IMG/VR virus record: IMGVR_UViG_3300026519_000004
Coordinates: 1-45,513 of that record
DNA from: a virus
Reading direction: 5' to 3' (one strand)
Length of the DNA stretch: 45,513 bases
In this document: in pieces, positions 1 through 7,418 of the stretch
How positions within the stretch are numbered: position 1 is the first letter of the stretch
Layout: each line of letters starts with the position of its first letter
The notes under the pieces: generated by a model
Database searches by the model: none
Told to the model about the DNA's origin: nothing
Seen by the model: the letters and a program-made list of their open reading frames with translations, nothing else
Made by a program: the position numbers and the translations under genes

Positions 1-127
1 CCGCCTCAATACCCCGAGGGTCAAGGGCGTCATCGACGACGCTGCACGCAAAAGCCTCGTTCCGACGACCGATGGTTCGATCAGCGATTCTCGAACACGC
101 TGAACAGATTTTGCGATCTGTAATGGC
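1..127. repeat. 127-bp exact direct repeat, copy 1 (identical to 45387..45513). This is the circular-closure overlap of the contig.
   Basis: Base-by-base comparison: 'ccgcctcaataccccgagg...gcgatctgtaatggc' occurs at both window ends. The repeat lies inside an ORF that is complete only after circularisation. Confidence 0.95.
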
Positions 128-283
128 ATCCTCGGTTTGGATTGAACTGTCTGGGAACTCATGGCCACACAGTGAATAAAGGTGGCCGTTACTCGGAGCG
201 GTTTCTGACAGATGGGCACGCTGAGCGCCAAGGCCGACGATCAAAAAATCAGGATTGCCGAGATAATCTGAGGCGTGTTTCAT
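1..283 (-). CDS. N-terminal part of a 136-aa hypothetical Cys/His-containing protein split by the linearisation point. The full gene is complement(join(45259..45386,1..283)).
   Basis: ATG at 283..281 with GGGAG 5 nt upstream. Hand translation gives MKHASDYLGNPDFLIVGLGAQRAHLSETAPSNGHLYSLCGHEF...GIEA and runs off position 1 in frame. It continues in frame at 45386 and ends at TGA 45261..45259 (411 nt total). Confidence 0.6.
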   Translation of the reverse strand, partial: MKHASDYLGNPDFLIVGLGAQRAHLSETAPSNGHLYSLCGHEFPDSSIQTEDAITDRKICSACSRIADRTIGRRNEAFACSVVDDALDPRGIEA

Positions 284-334
284 ATCAACTCCCGTGGTGT
301 TTGAGGTGTAGTTTGATAGTACCCACCGGAGCGC

Positions 335-364
335 AAAAGACAAGCCCCGAGCCTTCGCCCGGGG
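335..364 (-). terminator. Candidate intrinsic terminator downstream of the DUF932-like gene
   Basis: On the minus strand, GCCCCG(10-nt loop)CGGGGC (343..364) is followed by TTGTCTTTTGCG. It lies in the 107-nt gap between two minus-strand genes. The stem is short and imperfect. Confidence 0.4.
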
Positions 365-390
365 CCTGTCACTGGAGGTTATCTGGCTGC

Positions 391-1416
391 TCAGGCCAGT
401 TGCAGGGCCACTTTCATGGCCTCGCGTGTCCTTGCCGAGTTGACCCCAAAGATGTTGGAGTTGACCTTGGCCTCGCGGCGAGCCTGATGGTCCTTGCCGC
501 GAGCAGCGAGGTCATGTTGCAACCAACCGGTGTAGGCGTTGGCTGCGATCCAAGCGGTTGCCCCGAACTTCTGGCTCTCCGTGTCGAACCGCTCGGTCAT
601 CGAGGCGAAGGCGTCGATGCCTTTCTCCCGCCGGCGTTCCTCGCTACGGTCGCCCGGGTTCGCCGGGATTCCACCGAACTGGCGGGTGTAGACATCGAGC
701 CAGAACGCCTCGATATCCCGACGGTCAACATCGCGGGAACTCAGGCATCCGATCAGGTTCTTGGTTTCCGCGATCGAGGAATCGAACAACGCAAGTGCCG
801 CCTTGGCTTCCTCGACCTTGATCTGGGTGTCGCCACTGTGCCGGACGGTGTAGGCCGCTGCTTTCCAGCCCGTGCCATTTCCGGCTGCCGCGTCGAGCGT
901 GTTGCGACAGACGACACGGATGGTCGTGGGTAGGACGCGGAGGGCCATAGACCCGTCGTGCCCCATGGCCACGAGCAGATACGGGTAGGCATGGTCGTCG
1001 CCTTTGGTCCCGATCTTGAACTGGTCACCACGGGCCAATGTCCAGACCTTGCGGCCACCTTGGATCGAGCCCATGGTCTCAACCTTGACGCCCAACGACG
1101 ATCCCTCTGATGCCAGCGCGTCAACAAAGTCAACCAGAGCCTCATGGTTCTGGATCGGCGACCAGCCGGAACCGACGACACCAAGGGGCTCATGGTTGTC
1201 AGACCGGATGTTGAGCATGTGGCTGTCCACCGGGATGTTCGTCCCGCTGGCCTTGTCCCATGCTTCGAGGGGCAACTGCTCGACCGTCCAGTCGAGGCCG
1301 GCCATGCGCAGTGCCTCAAGAGTTGTCGGCGCTTCTTCGACGACGATGCCCAGCCCATGCCAAGCAGCCCGCTTGTGAAGTACGACCTGATCCGTGCGTG
1401 TGATTTCATGTGCCAT
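391..1416 (-). CDS. DUF932 / TIGR03299-like 'phage/plasmid-like protein'
   Basis: Long ORF (352 aa in the track). Recalled family hallmarks are present: 'AAWHGLG' near the N-terminus, 'SIQGGRKVW' and 'RVVCRNTL'. Start moved to ATG 1416 because AGGAG lies 7 nt upstream. Confidence 0.65.
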   Translation of the reverse strand: MAHEITRTDQVVLHKRAAWHGLGIVVEEAPTTLEALRMAGLDWTVEQLPLEAWDKASGTNIPVDSHMLNIRSDNHEPLGVVGSGWSPIQNHEALVDFVDALASEGSSLGVKVETMGSIQGGRKVWTLARGDQFKIGTKGDDHAYPYLLVAMGHDGSMALRVLPTTIRVVCRNTLDAAAGNGTGWKAAAYTVRHSGDTQIKVEEAKAALALFDSSIAETKNLIGCLSSRDVDRRDIEAFWLDVYTRQFGGIPANPGDRSEERRREKGIDAFASMTERFDTESQKFGATAWIAANAYTGWLQHDLAARGKDHQARREAKVNSNIFGVNSARTREAMKVALQLA

Positions 1417-1462
1417 TCTGAATCTCCTGTCTATGAGGCGGCCCACCATCGGGCCACGGAGA

Positions 1463-1492
1463 AGTGTAGCCCCACGACTACAGCCATGTCAA
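1463..1492 (-). promoter_or_regulatory. Sigma70-like promoter candidate for the DUF932-like gene
   Basis: Minus strand reads TTGACA (1492..1487), an 18-nt spacer, then TACACT (1468..1463), about 45 nt upstream of ATG 1416. The host is unknown, so the consensus may not apply. Confidence 0.3.
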
Positions 1493-1543
1493 CAGGCCAC
1501 CAGAAAAAAGTCGAGTCGTTTAAGAGGTGGAGTGGGTTCAAAT

Positions 1544-1578
1544 CTCCGCCCGCCCGCCTTTCGGCGGACGGCGGGGAG
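1544..1578 (-). other. GC-rich imperfect stem-loop with a GAAA (GNRA) tetraloop between two minus-strand genes
   Basis: ctccgcccgcccgcc-tttc-ggcggacggcggggag gives about 13 bp with one mismatch and one bulge. There is no adjacent U-tract; a T6 run on the minus strand lies about 36 nt further on (1502..1508). Confidence 0.35.
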
Positions 1579-1643
1579 CCGCCCCGGCGGCGATGTATAA
1601 TCAACCTGGCCTCGCAAGCGTGACCCCGGGGCGGCAGGATGTT

Positions 1644-1859
1644 TCAAGCGTTGTTTTTGTAAGATGCGAGTGACGCAGCAACCTTTGCCTGCTCATACGA
1701 CTCGTGGCGCGAGCAGATACGGCATCGCCTGCCACGATAATCCTCGTACCCACGCCCTCCCCCGAGAGCGAAGAGCGACTTGAAGCGTACGGGCACACAC
1801 TTGTCGTTCGCGTAGACGACGACTGCGTACTGGAGATCATTTGTCTGCGTATTTTCCAT
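1644..1859 (-). CDS. Hypothetical small protein (71 aa)
   Basis: ORF 1644..1907. The internal ATG at 1859 is preceded by AGGAG with a 6-nt spacer. No family recognised. Confidence 0.5.
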   Translation of the reverse strand: MENTQTNDLQYAVVVYANDKCVPVRFKSLFALGGGRGYEDYRGRRCRICSRHESYEQAKVAASLASYKNNA

Positions 1860-1923
1860 CGTTTTCTCCTGTCCCTGGGGTTTCGCTGACAGCCCGTAAC
1901 ACTCCATTTCTGCCAGCGATCAA

Positions 1924-2211
1924 TCAATCTTCTCGTTCACGGAACTCGCGGTTCTCGTAGTTGCAGATCAGGCAGGACCACGCCCCAACAAGGTCGGCCT
2001 CGGGGCGGTCCTCGCCGATCTCATCGCGGCGCAGGTACTCGATCTCGTCCGAACCGCATTGTGGACACCAGATGCGCCCGGTGTGCCGCTCCATGTTGCG
2101 GAGGTTCTGCCGCTCGACGCGCCCGGCAATGATCCGGGACTCGAAGCCGGTCATGTCGATGGCCCGGCGGATGCGGTCGAGAGTTGCTTCGCTCAGGATG
2201 ATGATGGTCAT
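1924..2211 (-). CDS. Hypothetical zinc-ribbon protein (95 aa)
   Basis: Two CxxC pairs (CPQC ... CLIC). ATG at 2211 is preceded by AAGGAGG. It is the first gene of the minus-strand cassette, divergent from the large terminase gene. Confidence 0.55.
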   Translation of the reverse strand: MTIIILSEATLDRIRRAIDMTGFESRIIAGRVERQNLRNMERHTGRIWCPQCGSDEIEYLRRDEIGEDRPEADLVGAWSCLICNYENREFRERED

Positions 2212-2425
2212 GTTGCCTCCTTTGTCTGGCACACCTCGACGACGAGGCGCAAGAACCAGTCAGGCCACTCGCTTCGGTTCGTAAACTCGACACTCCAACT
2301 TTTCTTTCTGCTCTTTCTTGTAGCCATTGGGGAACTCCTATTACTTGTGAGGATGCGCCACGAGGCCACCGGTACGATCCGGCACGCGCACGAGGCATAC
2401 TAGATTATAGGTATAAGGCAACACC

Positions 2426-3895
2426 TTGTCAACCGTGGCCAACAAAATAGTCGAGCACCGATACCGCTGTAGAGGGGCTTGCAATGAACTTCTTCGGCGT
2501 TTTTTCGTCACGAGAGACCCGCCCGAGGAGGCACTGGTCGAAGGCCCGGCGGGTACCGGGAAGTCCCGGACGATCCTGACCTTGATCGACACGCTGTGCC
2601 GTAACCACCCCGGGATTAGATGCCTTGTAATGCGTGCCGTGCGTGTGGACATGAACGAGTCCACGCTGATGACCTTCGAGAACAAGGTGCTCCTGCCCGG
2701 CGATTGGTTGCTGCGCCGCAAACTCTCGCGCGAGCACCGTCGCAAGTATGTGTACGCCAACGGCTCTGAGATCGTGCTCAGCGGCATGGACCAGCCCAGC
2801 CGGTTGTTCTCAACCGAATACGACCTGATCTATATCAACGAAGCGACCGAACTGTCCGAGGCTGAGTACGAGAGCCTGTTCCGCTCGCTCCGAAACAATG
2901 TGCTGGAGATGGGCCAGCCGATGATAACGGACACGAACCCGGATGCGGCTTCTCACTGGCTCAACAGGCGACCAGAGCGGGCTGGCAGCGTCATGGAGCG
3001 GTTCCTGACCCGGCACACGGACAACCCCGCGTACTTCAACGACGACGGTTCTCCGACACACCTCGGGAGCGAGTACATGAAGCGGCTTGAGCGCCTGTCG
3101 GGTGTGCGCCGTGACCGCCTGTTCTTGGGCCTCTGGGTGACCGCCGAGGGTGCGATCTGGGAAACCTACGACCCGTCGATCCACCTCGTCAACGCCGGCG
3201 AGCGGACCAACACAAGGCCGTACGGGCGGTACCTGCCGGTGTTCGCTTGGACATTCGCGGCCTGCGACTTCGGCTTCCGCAATCCCGGCTGCATGGCTCT
3301 CTATGGCGTGACCGGAGACCGCCGCGTCTACCGAATCGCCGAGCACTACCGCGTAGAGAAGACGATCGACTGGTGGGCCGATCTCGCGGTCAGGTGGCAG
3401 CGAGATCACAATATCCGCCGCATCATCTGTGACCCAGCCAGACCAGACGACATCAGATACATCAACCGACAGATGGGCCGTGCCAAAAACCGCAAGGGGC
3501 AGGAAATCGCCGTGCCAGCCAATAACGACCATGCGGGCCTCGATGTAGTGAGACAGGCGTTCAAGGAGAACCAGTTATTCTTGGTGCGTGGTGGGCTCGT
3601 CAAACCAGACCCGCAACTCGTCGAGGACGCGCTCCCGCTCTGCACCGAGGACGAGATACCGTCGTATGTCTGGGCCGAGTTCAAGGACGGAAAGCCAGTC
3701 AAAGAGGAACCAGAGCAAGGGCTCGCGGATCATGGTTGCGATCAACTGCGATACGCCATGATGTTCGTACAGGGCCATGACCTTGACCCTGAACGAAGGT
3801 ATAGACATCGGGCCAACAGGTCGATATACTCGAAAGGAACTATGGGCGAATGGCTCGGAGATGATGAAGTTGAGCAAAAATGGAAGAAAGAGTGA
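2426..3895 (+). CDS. terL: Terminase large subunit
   Basis: Walker A 'GPAGTGKS', Walker B-like 'DLIYINEATE', and C-terminal nuclease-type acidic motifs ('ACDFGF', 'DHGCDQLRY'). 489 aa with a TTG start at 2426. Confidence 0.85.
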   Translation: MSTVANKIVEHRYRCRGACNELLRRFFVTRDPPEEALVEGPAGTGKSRTILTLIDTLCRNHPGIRCLVMRAVRVDMNESTLMTFENKVLLPGDWLLRRKLSREHRRKYVYANGSEIVLSGMDQPSRLFSTEYDLIYINEATELSEAEYESLFRSLRNNVLEMGQPMITDTNPDAASHWLNRRPERAGSVMERFLTRHTDNPAYFNDDGSPTHLGSEYMKRLERLSGVRRDRLFLGLWVTAEGAIWETYDPSIHLVNAGERTNTRPYGRYLPVFAWTFAACDFGFRNPGCMALYGVTGDRRVYRIAEHYRVEKTIDWWADLAVRWQRDHNIRRIICDPARPDDIRYINRQMGRAKNRKGQEIAVPANNDHAGLDVVRQAFKENQLFLVRGGLVKPDPQLVEDALPLCTEDEIPSYVWAEFKDGKPVKEEPEQGLADHGCDQLRYAMMFVQGHDLDPERRYRHRANRSIYSKGTMGEWLGDDEVEQKWKKE

Positions 3896-4041
3896 CCTCG
3901 TGCTGCATTATGCTGTGTTGTTCGCCGTGCTGCTCGCGGTCTTGGTGATTTCATAGGCAAACACAAGTTGGCGAGGCGTTTCGCCGAGGTGTCTCTGGTG
4001 GTGGCGTTTGCAAGTCTGTTGCAAATTGTATGGAGGATGGC

Positions 4042-4371
4042 ATGACACTTATTGAGAGACTGCGAGCGATCGGCGATCCATGCACGGCCTCGATGGCAGA
4101 AATCGAAGAGGTCTGCAAACTGGCCTACAACCGAATCGAAGAACTCGAAGCGATCGTTGAGCGGTTGCCGGTGACGGCGGATGGGGTGAGGATTGTCACC
4201 GGCATGTTCTTGTGGACAAACATCACAGGCAGGGCAGAGCGGTTCATAGCAGAGATTAGGGCTTGTGGCGAGTATGAGGTTCGTGCAATCGGCTTGGGCC
4301 GCAATCTCAAAGCGACAGAATGTTACTCCACCCGCGAAGCCGCCGAGAAAGCGAGGACGAATGACACTTGA
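4042..4371 (+). CDS. Hypothetical protein (109 aa)
   Basis: ORF 4030..4371. The second ATG (4042) has GGAGG 5 nt upstream, while the first ATG overlaps that RBS. Confidence 0.5.
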   Translation: MTLIERLRAIGDPCTASMAEIEEVCKLAYNRIEELEAIVERLPVTADGVRIVTGMFLWTNITGRAERFIAEIRACGEYEVRAIGLGRNLKATECYSTREAAEKARTNDT

Positions 4372-4430
4372 CCAGCAAATCTTAGACCCGTGGACCAAGT
4401 TCCGCGAGGTCAAGCCCGAGGAGGCACAAG

Positions 4431-4730
4431 GTGAAAGTTTGGTATGAAGATTTCGCTGCCAAGCGAGACAAGGCGATAGCATTGGAAAAAGAAGTGATGT
4501 CTCTTGAGAGCCATATCGCTTACCTCATCACAAGACTTGAAGACAAGGACAGGCATATACGGACGCTGCGGGCAGTGCTATATGAATTAGATAGAAATTT
4601 CAGGCAACTTGATCCAAAGTATTCTGGACCAAGAACCAAAGTCCCTCGCATCCCGGACATGCACTACCGAGTGAAAGAGGTATTGGTTGAAACAAATGTA
4701 GTGGAGGTAAATGATGAGCAAGAAGATTGA
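4431..4730 (+). CDS. Hypothetical coiled-coil protein (99 aa)
   Basis: GTG start with GAGGAGG 6 nt upstream. Heptad-like charged sequence. Locally lower GC. Confidence 0.5.
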   Translation: MKVWYEDFAAKRDKAIALEKEVMSLESHIAYLITRLEDKDRHIRTLRAVLYELDRNFRQLDPKYSGPRTKVPRIPDMHYRVKEVLVETNVVEVNDEQED

Positions 4731-5010
4731 AGCAATGAATCGCGTCATTGAGTTTGCAAAGGCAAACGGATTCCCCGGTGCGTATGCCTGTTATTGGGAT
4801 GATCATGGTGAGGCGTTGGAATCCGAAACGAGCATTGCCGACGATATGTTTCCGGGTTGTCGATACGAGAAAGTGCGTCTGGTAATCGCATTGGATGGCT
4901 TGGACCCGAAGGACGACACCGGGATCGTATTCGTCGGCGTTCGAGACGGCGCTGGCGATGAAGATGACATAGTGACCGAGGTGCTTGACGAGAAGCCAGA
5001 GGACGAATAA
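4711..5010 (+). CDS. Hypothetical acidic protein (99 aa)
   Basis: GGAGG lies just upstream of tandem ATGs (4711 and 4714). TAATG junction with the next ORF. Confidence 0.5.
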   Translation: MMSKKIEAMNRVIEFAKANGFPGAYACYWDDHGEALESETSIADDMFPGCRYEKVRLVIALDGLDPKDDTGIVFVGVRDGAGDEDDIVTEVLDEKPEDE

Positions 5011-5426
5011 TGAAGCGAATCATGGACGCGATCACAATCAAGGCCCGGTTATTCGATGGCGAGCACGAGGTCGCAGGGATCGAACTGGATGACAGGTGCA
5101 TGACCATCGTCGAGAAGGATGAGCATGGTGGCGCGAAGATATGTGTCATTCCTCGCGGGCTTGCCATGCAGGCTGTAAGGATTGTCGCAGAGCAAATAGA
5201 GAGTGCGGCGAGCGATGTTATGAGTGAGGGCGGCGGTGACTTCGAGTCGATCAGCACATACGCGGGCGTGATGACGCTCGACGCACCGATCAATGTGGCG
5301 TTCGCGTGCCCGAGCGAGCCGGACGAATGGCCGGACGATGACGAGGAGATTGTCGGGGCCGACATCGGCGGGGGCTGGTCCTCGATCATCGAGCGGTGTT
5401 TAGTGGAAGGAGATAGTGATGATTGA
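5010..5426 (+). CDS. Hypothetical acidic protein (138 aa)
   Basis: ORF coupled to neighbours on both sides. No family recognised. Confidence 0.5.
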   Translation: MKRIMDAITIKARLFDGEHEVAGIELDDRCMTIVEKDEHGGAKICVIPRGLAMQAVRIVAEQIESAASDVMSEGGGDFESISTYAGVMTLDAPINVAFACPSEPDEWPDDDEEIVGADIGGGWSSIIERCLVEGDSDD

Positions 5427-5667
5427 TTTGGAAATTGAAATCTTGGGGCTCGTAAGCCACAGCGGAGAACTCTTGATGAAGGAAATTGTTGCAAAGATGG
5501 CAAATGTGGATAGAGACACGGTGAAAGATTGTGTGATGACAATGGTGCAAAGTGGGCTTGTGCGAATGAAGGAAGACTCATACGAGCATGATTGGGCTTA
5601 TCGAATCACAGGTCTTGGGAGAGAAAGGCTGGGACAAAGCGGCCAAGAACATGATGTAGGGCGGTGA
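5419..5667 (+). CDS. Winged-helix (MarR/PadR-like) DNA-binding protein candidate
   Basis: 82 aa. 'EILGLVSHSGELLMKEIVAKMANVDRDTVKDCVMTMVQSGLVRM' has a wHTH-like pattern. ATG 5419 follows GGAAGGAG; GTG 5416 is an alternative start. Confidence 0.4.
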   Translation: MIDLEIEILGLVSHSGELLMKEIVAKMANVDRDTVKDCVMTMVQSGLVRMKEDSYEHDWAYRITGLGRERLGQSGQEHDVGR

Positions 5668-5670
5668 CTG

Positions 5671-6039
5671 ATGGCGTGGAACAATGACCCTGAAATACGA
5701 CACCTGCGAGAGTATTCCAAATTGTTTGATGCGCCAGTCGTAGTGGTGTTTGCGATAAAGCGAGATGGTGGCAAATTTAGCGTCTCATCATATGGTGAGA
5801 CGCAACAACTCTGTCAGGTCGCGTCTGACATCGGAGACCAGATTCACAGGCTGGTTACAAATGGAACAATTGCACCAAATATTGCATGTCCTGGTTGCCA
5901 CGGATGCGGACAGGTGGCCAATACAGATGAGGGTGAGCCGTGGACCGTGTGGGAGGGGTTGCCCGAGGATGCCAAGGCGGGGGTGTATCTCGGTGTGGTC
6001 AAGCCGGTTCCCTGCCCGGAATGTGGAGGCAAGAAATGA
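5671..6039 (+). CDS. Hypothetical protein with DnaJ-type CxxCxGxG zinc-finger motifs
   Basis: 'CPGCHGCG' and 'CPECGG' motifs in the C-terminal half. 122 aa. Confidence 0.45.
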   Translation: MAWNNDPEIRHLREYSKLFDAPVVVVFAIKRDGGKFSVSSYGETQQLCQVASDIGDQIHRLVTNGTIAPNIACPGCHGCGQVANTDEGEPWTVWEGLPEDAKAGVYLGVVKPVPCPECGGKK

Positions 6040-6290
6040 ACCACGACGACCTGCCCGAGATTGACGAACTGACCCCATGCCCACTGTGCGGATCGACGAA
6101 GATACACGCCGATGTGTATTCGTTCAGACACCTGGGCAAACGCTCGTGGTGTGCAATCGCAAAGCACACCTGCCACAAGTGGAGCGGCGTGTGCGTGACG
6201 CGGACCGCTCCGACCGAGTATTCGGCGGTGCGGCAGGCGATCGAGGCATGGAACAGACTAGGGGCAGACGAAACAAAGGAGACACAATGA
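6036..6290 (+). CDS. Lar-family restriction-alleviation-like protein
   Basis: 84 aa. N-terminal 'PCPLCGS' and C-terminal 'AIEAWNR' match my recollection of the Lar family pattern (CPFCG...AWNRR). ATGA overlap with GGAGG upstream. Confidence 0.5.
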   Translation: MNHDDLPEIDELTPCPLCGSTKIHADVYSFRHLGKRSWCAIAKHTCHKWSGVCVTRTAPTEYSAVRQAIEAWNRLGADETKETQ

Positions 6291-7036
6291 TTTACACACT
6301 GGCAAACAGACCGATTGAACTTGCAAACATGCCGATCGAAGGGTTCCCAATCGTAAACTTCTTCCCCAACTCAGTATGGGGCGGGAGCAAGCCAAAGGGT
6401 ATCAAAGAAATCAACATGCCTAGGTTCCTCAGGTGGATTCTTAAGTGCTACGACATTGATAACGACGGCCCGATCTGCTTCGAGACAGAACTGATTGACT
6501 CGATGGATGACTACGAAGATAGATGCAGGCTGGAGAGTGTCCTCCTCTGGACGCTACAAAAAGACTTTCCGAATCGCAGGATCGGTGTGTTCGACCAGTC
6601 CATCGGGTTCGGGCTGGGCCGCTTTCACCCGAGAGGCCGCAAGTTTTTAGAAGCGAAAAGGAGGTTTGCTGACATTGCTTACATCGGCAATGCCTACTTT
6701 GGACCGTTCTATATGAATGAACGAAAGAAGGCCAAGGCCACTAAGAATGGATTGGCTTGGTTTGAAGAGGTGATTGCAGGTCGCCGAGAAGTTGCTGAAA
6801 GCGGGCTATACCAACACCATATTATGTCGATCAACCACACGACGATCGGGACATATAAAGGCAACGACGAACTCACCGTCGAGATGCAGCGTGACTTCTA
6901 TGTCGGCGACGGTCTATGGCGAGCGTTGTGCGAGAGTGCGGGCGGCGATGTCTTGGTGTGGACTCACTACCAGCAACGGACGATGCTGCCCGAGGCCGAG
7001 GCGATTATGCGAGAGGTGCAGGAGGCGACGAAATGA
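6287..7036 (+). CDS. Hypothetical protein (249 aa)
   Basis: ATG 6287 follows AAAGGAG and forms an ATGA overlap. The longer track ORF (from 6077) would overlap the previous gene. Lower GC than the genome. Confidence 0.5.
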   Translation: MIYTLANRPIELANMPIEGFPIVNFFPNSVWGGSKPKGIKEINMPRFLRWILKCYDIDNDGPICFETELIDSMDDYEDRCRLESVLLWTLQKDFPNRRIGVFDQSIGFGLGRFHPRGRKFLEAKRRFADIAYIGNAYFGPFYMNERKKAKATKNGLAWFEEVIAGRREVAESGLYQHHIMSINHTTIGTYKGNDELTVEMQRDFYVGDGLWRALCESAGGDVLVWTHYQQRTMLPEAEAIMREVQEATK

Positions 7037-7302
7037 CCAGAGACGAACTGATTGAGGGATTGAAGAGCCTGCGGTTATGGCATAATGAACAGCGTGCACC
7101 CAGAGGTTGTCCGATCTGCAAAACTCACACCATTCCATGCAAAACATTCACCCTCGCCGACGAAGCGATCAAGGCGTTGGAGGCAATAGACCGAGACACT
7201 GTTTCGTGCTCGCCCTCGGCGGTTTCGGTCAGGCGGGTTGGAGCCGCATGGGTTGGGGTGTATGAGAAAGCAAATAGGGCTAAGCCGGAGGACATGCTGT
7301 GA
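7033..7302 (+). CDS. Hypothetical Cys-containing protein (89 aa)
   Basis: ATG 7033 is preceded by GGAGG and overlaps the previous stop. Contains 'CPICKTHTIPC'. Confidence 0.45.
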   Translation: MTRDELIEGLKSLRLWHNEQRAPRGCPICKTHTIPCKTFTLADEAIKALEAIDRDTVSCSPSAVSVRRVGAAWVGVYEKANRAKPEDML

Positions 7303-7418
7303 AACAACTGCCCGAGCACCAACTCCGCGACGCACTCGTGATATGGCGGGTCTTCGCACTCGTGGGGTGGGTGTTGTTTATTGTGGCGGTGGTGATTGAT
7401 GTGCGAAGGGCAATGTAA
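7299..7418 (+). CDS. 39-aa single-pass membrane micro-protein candidate (below the ORF-track size cut-off)
   Basis: GTG 7299 overlaps the upstream stop (GTGA). Its TAA overlaps the next ATG (TAATG). Hand translation gives MKQLPEHQLRDALVIWRVFALVGWVLFIVAVVIDVRRAM, which has one clear hydrophobic helix. Confidence 0.4.
   Translation: MKQLPEHQLRDALVIWRVFALVGWVLFIVAVVIDVRRAM

Noticed and set aside
1-127. Interpreting the 127-bp terminal identity as T7-like physical direct terminal repeats
   Set aside because: The repeat is entirely coding, inside a gene that is intact only when circularised, and its length equals a common assembler k-mer. This cannot be excluded without read data, so it is also listed as a finding with the decisive test.
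142-933. 263-aa + strand ORF (and other long + strand ORFs at 558..821, 1004..1378 and 1144..1623)
   Set aside because: These are shadow frames opposite the well-supported minus-strand genes (the DUF932-like gene and the wrap-around ORF). They have Arg/Gly/Pro-rich composition typical of off-frame translation in GC-rich DNA and no RBS.
1528-1560. tRNA-like T-arm sequence 'GGGTTCAAATCTCCGCCCGCCCGCC', which might be a tRNA gene or a tRNA-derived attP core
   Set aside because: The five nucleotides before the TTCAAAT loop (GTGGG) do not pair with the five after it (CTCCG). No matching 5' acceptor arm exists within 90 nt on either strand, and there is no CCA end. The genome has no integrase to use an attP. 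The region is better explained as part of the GC-rich stem-loop at 1544..1578.
2355-2396. Direct repeat GCGC(C)ACGAGGC x2 about 31 nt apart in the divergent intergenic region upstream of terL
   Set aside because: The repeat is imperfect, short and GC-rich in a GC-rich genome. I could not identify convincing -35 or -10 elements or a pac/cos-like structure here, so no feature is called.
3892-3955. Tiny Cys-rich or hydrophobic peptides (about 18 aa) readable just after the terL stop
   Set aside because: Two alternative frames give equally short peptides with no RBS. They cannot be told apart from noise by eye.
4361-4447. 28-aa ORF (MTLDQQILDPWTKFREVKPEEAQGESLV) bridging the genes at 4042 and 4431
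   Set aside because: It is very short, has no distinctive features, and overlaps both neighbours. The gap it would fill already contains the RBS of the 4431 gene.
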